The notes: generated from the letters alone by a model not told the origin. 64,000 nt of DNA from Candidatus Micrarchaeia archaeon (GCA_041665945.1 JBAYHU010000002.1:43350-107349); one strand, 5' to 3'. Positions 9,231-19,231 are shown, counted from the stretch's first letter. A program made the numbers and translations.

Positions 9231-9821
9231 TTATTGGGTTGCCGCGGTCGTTGCCGCTTTCGCTTCCGTTTTCTTCGCGGGCTGCTCGGCTGCTTTCACG
9301 CCGGTGCTCTTTGCCTGCGACTGCTTTGCAGCGGACTTCTTCTCCGCCTTCTCGCCCTTCTTTTCAGCCTCCTTGGGCTGCCACTCCTGCAATACCACCT
9401 CGACAAAGGCGGTCTCGAAGTTGTGGACAATGCGCCTGCCCTTGGGGGACATGCGCGGGAAAGTGTGCTCCTTGTTCGCGATTATGTGGACGATTTTCGT
9501 GCTGCCCACGCCGAGCTTGTTCGCGTTCGCGAACGCGGACTTCACCACGCCGAGTACGATTTTCACGGACTTGACAGGCCAGCCGCCCTGCTGCCCGCCG
9601 AGCTGGCGGACGTGGCCGCGGCCCTTGCCGTGGCGGCGCATGGGGATTGCCTGCTCCATGACGGACGCGCGCTCGAGGAACTCGATTGCTTCGTCGGTCG
9701 GCTTGTAGCGGACCGCCCTGCAGACCTCTCCGAGGTCCTTGAACGAGGCGTTGATTCCCGTGAGCCTTGCGCGCGCAGTGCGCTTGGTTGATTCCTTCTG
9801 GAATGCGTAGGTTTCGGTCAT
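9231..9821 (-). CDS. rpl22: 50S ribosomal protein uL22 with Ala/Lys-rich tail
   Basis: SFK...EVCRAV, GWPVKS, ANANKLG. Confidence 0.94.
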   Translation of the reverse strand: MTETYAFQKESTKRTARARLTGINASFKDLGEVCRAVRYKPTDEAIEFLERASVMEQAIPMRRHGKGRGHVRQLGGQQGGWPVKSVKIVLGVVKSAFANANKLGVGSTKIVHIIANKEHTFPRMSPKGRRIVHNFETAFVEVVLQEWQPKEAEKKGEKAEKKSAAKQSQAKSTGVKAAEQPAKKTEAKAATTAATQ

Positions 9822-9830
9822 GAATATCAC

Positions 9831-10235
9831 TTACTTGAGCGGGATGAACTTCGAGCCGCGCGTTGCTCCAACACCGGGGCCGGAGTGCAATACTCTCCCC
9901 GTCGTGTGCGAGAAGTCGCCGAGCCGGTATCCCAGCTTGTCGACGCTTACGTGCACGTTCTTGTATTCCTTTCCATTGTACACGGCAAATGTAAGCCCGA
10001 GCCACTCGGGGAGGATTACCGCCTCGCGGGTGTGCGTGCGGATCGGCTTTGCGGGGTCGGCCTTCTTGACCTCTGCCGCCTTCTTCATGAGCTTCTTGAC
10101 GTCCGTTCCCTTGTTCACCAAGGCGCGCTTGACTGCCCTGCGTGCGCGGGAGGTGAGAATCGGGAGAGTCTGCTCAAGGGTGTAGCTTTCGAGCTCCGCC
10201 CTTTCCATTCCCCTGTATTTGTCAACTTTTGGCAT
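9831..10235 (-). CDS. rps19: 30S ribosomal protein uS19
   Basis: IRTH.RE.VILP, VYNGKE, HSGPGVGATRGSKFIPLK. Confidence 0.97.
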   Translation of the reverse strand: MPKVDKYRGMERAELESYTLEQTLPILTSRARRAVKRALVNKGTDVKKLMKKAAEVKKADPAKPIRTHTREAVILPEWLGLTFAVYNGKEYKNVHVSVDKLGYRLGDFSHTTGRVLHSGPGVGATRGSKFIPLK

Positions 10236-10253
10236 AATGATACCTCATGAAAC

Positions 10254-11021
10254 TTACTTCTTGCCCTGCTTGAGCTCGAGCTTCGCCTCTTCAACGTGGG
10301 ACTTCTTCCTTCCCGTGCTCCTTGCGGCGATGTGCCCGACCTTCCTGCCCGGAGGCGCGTTGCGGCTAGTCATGCTGCCGCGGCCCTTGTGGTGCTGCTT
10401 GCCTCCGAACGGATGTGTGTAAGCGGACATGTGAACGCCGCGGTTGACCGGCCACTTGCGGTTCTGCGCGTGCTTCTTGTAGAAGCTGTTGCCTGCCTTC
10501 ATGAGCGGCTTCTCAAGCCTGCCTCCTCCGCAGACAACGCCGATTTGCGCCCGGCATCCGCCGAGGAGAACAAGCGTGTGCTTGGAGGGCATCTTGACAT
10601 AAACGACATTCTTTTCGCGCGAGACGATGCTTGCATACGTGCCGGGCGCGCGGACAAGCTTGCCGCCGTCGCCGGGTGCCATCTCGAGGTTGAATATCGT
10701 GGTTCCTTCCGGAATCTTTGAAAGCGGGAGAATGTTGCCGATGCCGAGCTTCGACGCCGCGCCGGTCCTGACTTCCTGCCCTATCTGCATGCCTTCAGGG
10801 GCAAGGAGGTAGTTCTCGCTGCCGTCCTCGAAGCGCACGTCCATGAGAAGCGCGCCTCTTGCCGGGTCGTCGAGGAATCCGAGCACCTGCCCGCGAAGCG
10901 AGCCGGACTTCTCGTTCTCGTCGAGCCTGCGGTAGGCAAGCTCAGCCTTGTAGCGGTGGGACGGCGCCTTGTACGCCTGCGAACCCTTTCCGCGCCTCTG
11001 CTGTTTCAGTAATTTGCCCAT
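10254..11021 (-). CDS. rpl2: 50S ribosomal protein uL2
   Basis: QRRGKG, GDGGKLVRA, HPFGG, PPGRKVGHIAARSTG. Confidence 0.98.
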   Translation of the reverse strand: MGKLLKQQRRGKGSQAYKAPSHRYKAELAYRRLDENEKSGSLRGQVLGFLDDPARGALLMDVRFEDGSENYLLAPEGMQIGQEVRTGAASKLGIGNILPLSKIPEGTTIFNLEMAPGDGGKLVRAPGTYASIVSREKNVVYVKMPSKHTLVLLGGCRAQIGVVCGGGRLEKPLMKAGNSFYKKHAQNRKWPVNRGVHMSAYTHPFGGKQHHKGRGSMTSRNAPPGRKVGHIAARSTGRKKSHVEEAKLELKQGKK

Positions 11022-11031
11022 TTATTGCACC

Positions 11032-11283
11032 TTATACAATCTTGAGTTTCGCCGCGACGTCGTCGGCCTTGAAGCCCTTTTGCAGCTTCACGTATGCTTT
11101 TTTCGCGCCCTGCGGCGTGATAAGGGTGTGGACGGATGCGACTTTCACCTGGAAAAGGTCCTCGACCTCTTTTTTGATGAGCGGCTTGGTTGCCTTCGCC
11201 TCGCAGATGAACGTAAGCGTGTTCTGAAGCTCAATGAGCCCCACCGCCTTTTCGTTCGTCACCGGATAAAGAATGGATGCCAT
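11032..11283 (-). CDS. rpl23: 50S ribosomal protein uL23
   Basis: P.TNEKA, NTLTF, KKAYVKL. Confidence 0.96.
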   Translation of the reverse strand: MASILYPVTNEKAVGLIELQNTLTFICEAKATKPLIKKEVEDLFQVKVASVHTLITPQGAKKAYVKLQKGFKADDVAAKLKIV

Positions 11284-11292
11284 AATTATCAC

Positions 11293-12072
11293 TTACAATT
11301 TTGCAATCTCTGCAAGCGCCGCTTCAGTGTATATTGCGAGCCTGCCTGCTTTTGCGCCCGGCGCGAGCTTCTCCACGGTCAATTTGGAAACCTCGACGAC
11401 GTCAACGCCCGCGATGTTGCGCGCAGCCTTGATTATCGGGGAGTCCTTGGAGACCGCGATTATCGCGGACTTGGGGTAGACCTTGCCGCCCTTGCGCGCG
11501 CGCACGCCGCTTCTCGGCTTTCCGTATTCCGCGCGTGCCAAGTCGTCGCTTATCAGGACGGAGAGCGCCTTGTAAACGTCCTTTGTCTTGGAAATGGATT
11601 CGAACGAGTTCTCGAAAACAATCGGGAGAGCAGTTGTCACGTTGTGCCCGCGGGCTGCGACTGCGACCTTGTCCGCCGTTGCCGCGATTGCGGAAACGAG
11701 CGCGACTCTGTATTCCTTCTTGTTAATCTTTTCGACTATGACTTGGTTGACGTGCGGCGGGTGAGCCCTGCGCCCCTTGACTGCAGAGGGAATCCTCTTC
11801 ACTTTGCCGAGGCGCCCTTTCGGAAGAATTTCGCGGGGGCGGATTGCCGTTCCCTTGTTCTTGCCCGAGCCGAAGTCCTCCTTCCTGCCCTTGTAGCGGG
11901 CCGAGGTCTCCATTCCAGCGCGGGGGTCGTTGCCCTTCCTCTGGTAGTGCGTTGTCTGGTCGGCGATTGCCGCGCGGGCTATGAGGTCCTTGCGGACTTC
12001 GCCGGAGAATTGCGCCGGCAGCTGCACGTCGCGCACCGCCTTGCCTTCAACAGAGTATACTTGTGCTTTCAT
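11293..12072 (-). CDS. rpl4: 50S ribosomal protein uL4
   Basis: DPRAGM.TSA, GRRAHPP, NIAGVDV, LAPG..AGRL. Confidence 0.96.
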   Translation of the reverse strand: MKAQVYSVEGKAVRDVQLPAQFSGEVRKDLIARAAIADQTTHYQRKGNDPRAGMETSARYKGRKEDFGSGKNKGTAIRPREILPKGRLGKVKRIPSAVKGRRAHPPHVNQVIVEKINKKEYRVALVSAIAATADKVAVAARGHNVTTALPIVFENSFESISKTKDVYKALSVLISDDLARAEYGKPRSGVRARKGGKVYPKSAIIAVSKDSPIIKAARNIAGVDVVEVSKLTVEKLAPGAKAGRLAIYTEAALAEIAKL

Positions 12073-12081
12073 GAAAATCAC

Positions 12082-13029
12082 TTATTGCTTGGATTCAAGG
12101 GAGATGTAGCGAAGTTCGGGCGCCTTTACCGGCGTTGCGAGCTTGCGAAGCGCCCTGCGCATGCGGATAAGCCGCTTGCACGGGCCTGCCACGCTTCCCT
12201 TTATCAGTATGAATTCATTCTTGAGGACGCCGTAGTGCTGGAAGCCGCCCTTGGGGTTGATTTCCTCGGGGGTGCCGACCTTCATTATCCTCTTGTTGGG
12301 CTCGGTCCTCTTGTGGTAGCCCATCTGCCCCGCCATCGGGACCGTGTAGTGAACGTAACCAGGGTGCCATGCGCCCAGCGTTCCGGTGTGCCTGCGCTTG
12401 TTGGTCGCCTTCCTGCGCTGCTGCGCTGTTCCGAATCTCTTGACCGGCCCCTGCCAGCCCTTGCCGGTAGTGATTGCAACAATGTCAACGAACTCGCCGG
12501 GCTTGAAAAGCTCGGATGCCTTCACTTCCTTGCCAACAAGCGAATTTGCGAATTCGAATTTCTCCGCCGCGTCCTTGCCGCCGACGGCGATTTCCATCCG
12601 CTCCGGCGTTTTCTTGCCGAATCCGGTCATGCCCGGGCGCGCGTAAGCGAGAACAAAAACATCGGAAACATCAGAAGCAGTGAATTTCTTTGTTGATTTC
12701 TTTGAAACGCCAAGGGGCTTGGTGATTTTCTCATCGGAGGTAATCAGGTCGCCGACGACCTTGCCGTCCTTGTATCCGCGCACGCCGAAAATCATGAGGG
12801 GCGGGCACTCGATGACGGTCGCAGAGGCGAACACCTCGTTGCCCTTTGACGGGGACTCGGTGTCATCCACCCAAGTCACGTGGGTCATGCCTGCCTTGTA
12901 GCCTGCAAACCCGAGAAGCTTCTTTTCGGTTGAAGACGGCCAGTACGATACTGCCGGCATCTGCGAAATCGCACGCTTGCGCGGGCGGAATGCGCGCGAA
13001 CCTTTCTTGTGTCCAGATCTTTTTCCCAT
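12082..13029 (-). CDS. rpl3: 50S ribosomal protein uL3
   Basis: GYKAGMTH, GKGWQGPVKR, AGQMGYHKRTE. Confidence 0.98.
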   Translation of the reverse strand: MGKRSGHKKGSRAFRPRKRAISQMPAVSYWPSSTEKKLLGFAGYKAGMTHVTWVDDTESPSKGNEVFASATVIECPPLMIFGVRGYKDGKVVGDLITSDEKITKPLGVSKKSTKKFTASDVSDVFVLAYARPGMTGFGKKTPERMEIAVGGKDAAEKFEFANSLVGKEVKASELFKPGEFVDIVAITTGKGWQGPVKRFGTAQQRRKATNKRRHTGTLGAWHPGYVHYTVPMAGQMGYHKRTEPNKRIMKVGTPEEINPKGGFQHYGVLKNEFILIKGSVAGPCKRLIRMRRALRKLATPVKAPELRYISLESKQ

Positions 13030-13192
13030 GAAGTTTCACCGAAATTTTCAGGCATGGAGAATTCCATGCTGATGAAATACCCTGATTGATTGCTGTGAAA
13101 TACCCAACCAGCAATGATTCGCCATGCTTCTTTCCCTCTCGAGGAGGGGTGACGGCGAGTGTCATCTTACAGCATTCTGTAAGAAGCGTGGC
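13030..13192 (-). promoter_or_regulatory. Structured 5' leader of the uL3 operon (candidate r-leader)
   Basis: Several stems and a duplicated GGGTATTTCA between a TTTTTAAA box (about 13211-13218) and the rpl3 start. Confidence 0.6.
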
Positions 13193-13322
13193 TTGATATT
13201 GAAACAAGAGTTTAAAAAGGTTCCTTCAGGCGGCAAACGCCGGAGAAATGGCTTTTCAGATAACTTGCTACGGGAATAAAAAACCATATGAACAGAAAAA
13301 GACACAAATTACAGGGGGGAGA

Positions 13323-14807
13323 ATGATGGTTGACGCTAAGGAAAACAGGGTCTGGCAGTCCGAACGCGAAAAAAACGGGGAAAACCACGCTTGGAAAGAG
13401 ATTCTCGAGAGGAATATCCGCAAGATTGACTGCGAGTTGGATACTGGCGACCCGGCAACCATGCTCGTAATACAGCTCCGGGGTTCCGGCCTCAGCCTGA
13501 TGGATGTATTCGACTCCGATGTACCCCTGAAATGGTACGCGAGGCAGATGTCGATTAATTCCACTGGATATGCAAGGAGAACCGAACGCTTCCTGCAGGC
13601 GCTTGAAGCCACGCGGATGCAGTACGAGATTGCCGTTGAATTGGGAAAAAACCTGAATGAAAGATCATTCTCGGGCGACGAACAGCATTGGATGGGAGTC
13701 GCGCGCGAGTTCGTCCAGTTCGTGGAGATGGGCAGCGGGCAACCTGCCGAGGTTTTCTTCAACCCCATGTCAAGCGTGTTTTCAATCGACAAGATGGAGA
13801 ATTACTTGCGCGTTTTCCGTTTCCAAAACGACATCAAAGGAATCACCTCGTATGAATTCAAGACAGCGGTTGAAAAAACCGATTCGAGGAAAATAAAGGG
13901 AAAGGCGCAGCAAACATGTGTGGAAATTGAAGGGCAGGCAAAAACACCTGCGCGGGTTGATGTGCAGAGTGCGGATGCCGCGCCCGTAGCGAAAAACTTG
14001 GAGTTCGTGAAAAAAATGGAAGCCGCCGGGCTTGGGGCGGAAGCCCGAAAAATCCTCGCTTACCTCGAGAAAAAAAACACTACGCTTGAGAAAATAAGCG
14101 AAATTGAGCTTTGGAGGCAGTCCGTGTCCCTCTTCGAAAAGCCGCGGACCTCGTATGACAGCCAGACAGGCATAGGGATTGCGAACAAAATCATCGAAGC
14201 TGCCGGCAAGCACGCCGCGGCGGTGAGTGCGAAGGAAATGAAGCTGACTGACTGGGAAGCGGCATTCGCATGCTACATGCACGACAACTACCGCAAACGC
14301 GGCACTGCGCTCGAGGCAATCGCACACATCAAGAAAAACGGCATTTCCGAGGAGAAAATCATCTCGCTTGGTGAAAATGAGATAATCGGGCTCGTGGCAT
14401 CGATGCCGTGCGGCTACGGGTCGTCGCGGATGTATGTTGACATCGACTCCGTAAGAAAGCAGCTTCTGCGGGGAATCGAATACGCCAGCAAGGAGGAGCG
14501 AAGCCGGCTGAAGATGGAGCCCGTTGAATACCCGTGCCTTGAGCACAAGACAACCATCAGGTTCGAGGACATCGGCTCCGAGAGGCATTACCGAAGCAGG
14601 GCAGGAACCGATAACGCCGCAGGCACTGAAACGGCAAGCCAGCAATCATCCGGCGCGGGAAACGCGTATTTCGGCGGTTTGCCCAGCGGAACCACGGACG
14701 TACTGGCGCTTGTGCGGCAGAGGGACGCGGCGATAGAGAAAAGGAAAGCGTGGGAGAAGAGCCACCCTGGCGCGAACAGGAATAACGGGAAGCACCGCCG
14801 CCACTGA
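13323..14807 (+). CDS. Hypothetical protein (orphan)
   Basis: Long ORF with purine-rich SD; no recognisable motif. Confidence 0.75.
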   Translation: MMVDAKENRVWQSEREKNGENHAWKEILERNIRKIDCELDTGDPATMLVIQLRGSGLSLMDVFDSDVPLKWYARQMSINSTGYARRTERFLQALEATRMQYEIAVELGKNLNERSFSGDEQHWMGVAREFVQFVEMGSGQPAEVFFNPMSSVFSIDKMENYLRVFRFQNDIKGITSYEFKTAVEKTDSRKIKGKAQQTCVEIEGQAKTPARVDVQSADAAPVAKNLEFVKKMEAAGLGAEARKILAYLEKKNTTLEKISEIELWRQSVSLFEKPRTSYDSQTGIGIANKIIEAAGKHAAAVSAKEMKLTDWEAAFACYMHDNYRKRGTALEAIAHIKKNGISEEKIISLGENEIIGLVASMPCGYGSSRMYVDIDSVRKQLLRGIEYASKEERSRLKMEPVEYPCLEHKTTIRFEDIGSERHYRSRAGTDNAAGTETASQQSSGAGNAYFGGLPSGTTDVLALVRQRDAAIEKRKAWEKSHPGANRNNGKHRRH

Positions 14808-14865
14808 ACGCATTGCGGCATTCCCGCCATACTGTTTTTTATTTTCCTTCAGGCACTAGCGTAGC

Positions 14866-15375
14866 ATGGTGAAGAAACTCCTTGCCGTCTGCGTCTTCCT
14901 TGTTTTCCTGCTCAACTTCTGCAGCGCATACGTGCTCAACGAAAGCCGCGAGGAGATGCTTTCGTATTACCAGACCTACCTCGAGCCCAAGATTCCCAGG
15001 ACGGCAAAGGCGCTCCTTGGCGACGAGAGGATAAACGTGCAAATCGGGGGCAAGACGCTGGGGATTGCGACGAAGCGCGGCGAGCTGTCCGACTTCGAGG
15101 TGCACGCAATCGGGAATCCGACCATCGAGGTGGCGGTAAGCGACGCGGCGGCGGAGGCAATCAAGGGGAAAAAAGTGGGAATAATGCCGTGCCTTGACGA
15201 CGGAAGCATAAAAGTAAGGACGAGCAACTTCTTCACTGCGGTGAAAGTCGAGATGATGAAGAGGATTTACGCCGTTTCAGGCGCGGACGACGCGATTACG
15301 GGCAAGGCGGCGCCATCCCGCAGCATTGAATCATACAATTCCATTTACATACAGCGGGCGAAGATAACGAACTAG
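14866..15375 (+). CDS. Secreted protein, possible SCP2-like fold
   Basis: Signal peptide; LLGDERINVQI, PTIEVAVSD, LDDGSIKV pattern recalls SCP2-like archaeal proteins. Confidence 0.55.
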   Translation: MVKKLLAVCVFLVFLLNFCSAYVLNESREEMLSYYQTYLEPKIPRTAKALLGDERINVQIGGKTLGIATKRGELSDFEVHAIGNPTIEVAVSDAAAEAIKGKKVGIMPCLDDGSIKVRTSNFFTAVKVEMMKRIYAVSGADDAITGKAAPSRSIESYNSIYIQRAKITN

Positions 15376-15382
15376 GTGCTCC

Positions 15383-16975
15383 ATGGCGTCGGACGCATAC
15401 AGCGCGCTTGACAAGGCGTGGCGCGGAACATGCAGGGTGCTCTTCGGGCAGGAGGCGGGCGGGCTTTCGGATTGCGCCGGATGGCTTTCGGAATACGCCG
15501 AGGAAATCCGCTCGGAAAAATCCTCGATCAGCGGCAAGGCAGTGACATTCACGCAGAACGAATATTCCGGCAGCGCGCGCTTCATGGCGTTCGACGAAAT
15601 CGGATACGGGAAAAAATTCGCGCCCATCCCCCTCGACGACATGAAGGACATCGACAGCCTCGTGACGGCTGCGAAGGAGAGGCTGCAATACGCCGGAAAC
15701 GTGGTGCTGGGGCACTCAAGCGGCGTTCAGAACTCGAGCAATGTGACGGACAGCCATTATGTGCTTGATTCAACGGCGGTCGCAAGCTCCAAATACGTCG
15801 CGTACTCGAAATACATCAAGGAAAGCGAATACTGCTTCGGGGTTTTCGGCGCGGAAAAGGACGCCTATCTGGTAAAATCCATGGGAAGCTCGCTCAAGCG
15901 GTGCTTCGAATGCCACATGGTCAATTACCTGTCCGACTGCTACTACTGCGCGAAAACGCAGAACTGCCGCGAGTGCTTCTTCTGCTTCGGCATGGAAAAC
16001 GGCAGCTATGCAATCGGCAACACGCCGGTTGGCAAGGAGAAATACCTCGCGCTGAAAGCCAAGCTTCTGCCGGAAATCGCGGAAAAGATACGCAAGGACG
16101 GCAGGATATTCTCGCTTTTGAAGCTCATCGAGGAAGCCGGCGCGCACAAGCCGGATTCGAGGCTGAAGTTCGCAAAGGAGAAGGAAGCGGCATTCGATAT
16201 TGCCCCAGTGCAAAAAGGGTTTGACTCCGCCTGCCGGCTTGTCTTCGGGAAGGAAATGGGGGAGATCGGAAAGTACGAAAAATTCCTCTTCAAGCACGTG
16301 CCGAAAAACGTGGTCGTGCCATCCCCGCTGAGCGGCTCGGCGTCGGTGGTGTGCGGCTACAGGAGGCATGTGCTCAACAAATTCGAAATAGCCAGGAGGC
16401 TTCCGACGGAGGACGAGATAAGAAGCGTCGGGAAGCTTGCCGGAATGGTGAAAACGGACGTGGGCGGGATGGAGCTATCCGCGCTCGCGGAGCAGTTCCA
16501 CCCGATTGCATACACCAACCTCGACAAGGTGGCGGGCAAGTGCACGAATTTCAGGAACTGCGCCGTGATAATCGAGTCGCAGGACTGCCTCGAAGGCTCG
16601 GCTTTCGACTATTCGAAAAAATGCGGCTACAACTTCTGGGCGTCGAACGCCGAGTCCGTGTTCGGCTCCTGCGCCGCGTGGTTCTCCACATTCGTGCTCA
16701 AGAATTTCTATTCCAAGAACATGACGCGCTCGCTCGAATGCGACGGCTGCGAATCCTGCACTGACTTGTATTACTCGCACAACTGCGAGAACGTGCGCGA
16801 CTCGATGTTCTGCTTCAACGCGAAAAACCTCACAAACGCAGTGGGCAACGCGCCGCTTCCTGCGGAGCAATACAGGAAAATGAAAGGCGCGATTGTGGCG
16901 CAGCTCGCCGACGAACTGGAAAAGAAGAAGGATTTGAAGTGGGACATTTTCAATATCGGCGCTATCTCTAAGTGA
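15383..16975 (+). CDS. Cys-rich repeat protein with internal duplication
   Basis: Two homologous halves, each starting CR.(L/V)FG.E.G and ending C.(F/N)..KN/EN...GN...E.Y..(L/M)K. Confidence 0.75.
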   Translation: MASDAYSALDKAWRGTCRVLFGQEAGGLSDCAGWLSEYAEEIRSEKSSISGKAVTFTQNEYSGSARFMAFDEIGYGKKFAPIPLDDMKDIDSLVTAAKERLQYAGNVVLGHSSGVQNSSNVTDSHYVLDSTAVASSKYVAYSKYIKESEYCFGVFGAEKDAYLVKSMGSSLKRCFECHMVNYLSDCYYCAKTQNCRECFFCFGMENGSYAIGNTPVGKEKYLALKAKLLPEIAEKIRKDGRIFSLLKLIEEAGAHKPDSRLKFAKEKEAAFDIAPVQKGFDSACRLVFGKEMGEIGKYEKFLFKHVPKNVVVPSPLSGSASVVCGYRRHVLNKFEIARRLPTEDEIRSVGKLAGMVKTDVGGMELSALAEQFHPIAYTNLDKVAGKCTNFRNCAVIIESQDCLEGSAFDYSKKCGYNFWASNAESVFGSCAAWFSTFVLKNFYSKNMTRSLECDGCESCTDLYYSHNCENVRDSMFCFNAKNLTNAVGNAPLPAEQYRKMKGAIVAQLADELEKKKDLKWDIFNIGAISK

Positions 16976-17038
16976 TTGAAAAACAAAGAAGGAAAACAGA
17001 AAAAGGAAAAATAAAAAGAGAAAAAACTTCCCTTAGCT

Positions 17039-19231
17039 TTAAGCATCCAGGAAGTCATTGGGCGTGGGCGGGTCGGGCTTGTCTCCCTTGCGCTCGCGTA
17101 TCTGCTTGACGACCTTGAGAAGCATGTCGCGCGGCATGGGCTCGTAGCCTGCGTATTCCTGGTAGGGAATGCCTCGCCCCTGCGTTGCCGAGCGGAGGTC
17201 GTTTCCGAACCCGAACATTTCGGCGACGGGGAGCTTCACGATGATGTTCGTGGTCTCGCCCTCCTGAATCATGTCAAGAAGCTGCCCTCTCCTTCCCTGA
17301 ATCAGGGTGATGACGTTGCCCATGTAGTCCTGCGGGCAAAGCACGGTCACCTTCTGCTTGGGCTCCTGAAGGGTAACGCCTGCGTAAAGCATTGCCGCGT
17401 AAATCGGGCGCTTTGTGGCAGGGATAATCTGCGCGGGGCCCCTGTGCACCGGGTCCTCGTGGATTACCGCGTCGGTTATGGTGACTTTCACGCCGACAAC
17501 CTTCTCCTTGGCGAGCGGACCCATGTCCATCGCCTCTTCGAAACCCTGAATCATCAGTTCGGATATTTCGTTGAGGTACTGGATGCCGCGCGTGCCGTTG
17601 ATGAAGATGTTCTTGCCGTGTATGTCGTACACTGATTTCGCCTCATCGCGGTCCATGCCGCACTCCACAAGCGTCTCCACGAGCGACTTGCCCTTGGGCT
17701 GCCCGTCGGGAATCTTGCCGTCAATCATCGCGTCGAAGACGGTCTTCTCGATTGGCTGCACCGTGAAGGTGAGCTTGGTGTGCTTGTTCGGGGACTTGCC
17801 CTGTATGTCCTCGGACTTGCCGGAAATCATCTCGCGGTAAACGACAATTGGCGGCGAGGTGACTATCGGGATTCCCTTCTCCTTGGTTATCTTGTACTCG
17901 ATGATTTCGAGGTGCAATTCGCCCATGCCGGAGATGAGGTGCTCGCCTGTTTCGTGGTTGATTTCGACTTTCAGCGTGGGGTCTTCCTTGCTGATTTGCC
18001 TAAGCGCCATAATCAGCTTGGAGAGGTCCTTGGAGTCCTTCGCCTCGATGGATTTTGTCACGACCGGCTCTGCAGCGTGCTTGATTTGTTCGAACGGGGT
18101 AATTTGCCCCTCGGAAAGCGTTTCGCCGACGTAGACGTCGCGCAGGCCGACCAATCCTACGATGTTGCCAGCAAGCACGTTGTCCACCATTACGCGGTCA
18201 GGGCCCATGTAAATGGCGCACTGCTGCACTTTCTCGGTGGTGAGCCTCGATGCTAGGAACAGCATGTCGCTTTTCTTGACGGTTCCGGAAAACAGCCGGA
18301 CGACCGCCACTTCTCCCGCGTGCTCGTCGTTCACGACTCCGAAGCAGATTCCGATGAACTTGCCCTTGGGGTCGCACGCAAGCATCGCCTTGCCTTCGGG
18401 GGATGCGGGGTCGCCTTTCCAGATGATCGGGATACGGTACTGCTGCGCGTACTTGGGGTTGGGGAGCTGGTCCACCACCATTTCCAGAAGCACTTCGTCA
18501 AGCGGGGATTTTTCGACAAGAATCTTGTGCTCCCCCGCCTTGCAGTGGTTGTAGATGTCCGTGAACTTGATGTTGTATTTTTTCATGCTCTTTACCGATA
18601 CCGCCCACTTGTGGAACGCGCTTCCGAACGCCACGTTGCCCTTGGCAACGCCGATGCGCCATTCCTCCTTCTTGTCCTCGGGCGCGTACTGGTCGATGAT
18701 TTTATTCAGGCCGTTGATGATTTTGATGAGCCGCGCCTGCATGGCGTCGGAGTCGAGCTGCAGCTCGTTTATCAGCCGGTCTATCTTGTTGATGAATACG
18801 GATGGCTTGGCTTTCTCCTTGAGGGCCTGGCGCAGCACTGTTTCGGTCTGCGGCATGATGCCCTCGACCGAGTCAACGACTAAGACGACTCCGTCGACCG
18901 CGCGCATGGCGCGGGTGACGTGCCCTCCGAAGTCCACGTGCCCGGGGGTGTCGATGAGGTTGATGAGGTAGTCCTGGCTGTTGTAATGGAACGCAAGGGA
19001 GATGTTCGCCGCCTTGATGGTGATTCCTCTCGCCTGCTCCTGCTCGTCGAAGTCCATCATGCGCTGCTCGCCCGCAAGCTCCTTTGAGATGAGCCCCGCC
19101 CTCGCCACGAGCGAGTCGGTCATGGTGGTTTTGCCGTGGTCAACGTGCGCGACAATCGCGATGTTGCGGATGTTATCCACGTTGTTCATCATTTTTGCTA
19201 CTTCTTCTACGACAAATTCTTTGCGGACCAT
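17039..19231 (-). CDS. fusA: Translation elongation factor aEF-2
   Basis: AHVDHGKT, RGITI, DTPGH, NKID; diphthamide-site loop HEDPVHRGPAQ intact. Confidence 0.98.
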   Translation of the reverse strand: MVRKEFVVEEVAKMMNNVDNIRNIAIVAHVDHGKTTMTDSLVARAGLISKELAGEQRMMDFDEQEQARGITIKAANISLAFHYNSQDYLINLIDTPGHVDFGGHVTRAMRAVDGVVLVVDSVEGIMPQTETVLRQALKEKAKPSVFINKIDRLINELQLDSDAMQARLIKIINGLNKIIDQYAPEDKKEEWRIGVAKGNVAFGSAFHKWAVSVKSMKKYNIKFTDIYNHCKAGEHKILVEKSPLDEVLLEMVVDQLPNPKYAQQYRIPIIWKGDPASPEGKAMLACDPKGKFIGICFGVVNDEHAGEVAVVRLFSGTVKKSDMLFLASRLTTEKVQQCAIYMGPDRVMVDNVLAGNIVGLVGLRDVYVGETLSEGQITPFEQIKHAAEPVVTKSIEAKDSKDLSKLIMALRQISKEDPTLKVEINHETGEHLISGMGELHLEIIEYKITKEKGIPIVTSPPIVVYREMISGKSEDIQGKSPNKHTKLTFTVQPIEKTVFDAMIDGKIPDGQPKGKSLVETLVECGMDRDEAKSVYDIHGKNIFINGTRGIQYLNEISELMIQGFEEAMDMGPLAKEKVVGVKVTITDAVIHEDPVHRGPAQIIPATKRPIYAAMLYAGVTLQEPKQKVTVLCPQDYMGNVITLIQGRRGQLLDMIQEGETTNIIVKLPVAEMFGFGNDLRSATQGRGIPYQEYAGYEPMPRDMLLKVVKQIRERKGDKPDPPTPNDFLDA

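Noticed and set aside
17039-19231. Diphthamide-less EF-2 paralogue, or inteins in EF-2, RNAP or LonB
   Set aside because: The HRG target His is intact, and none of these proteins shows an intein-sized insertion
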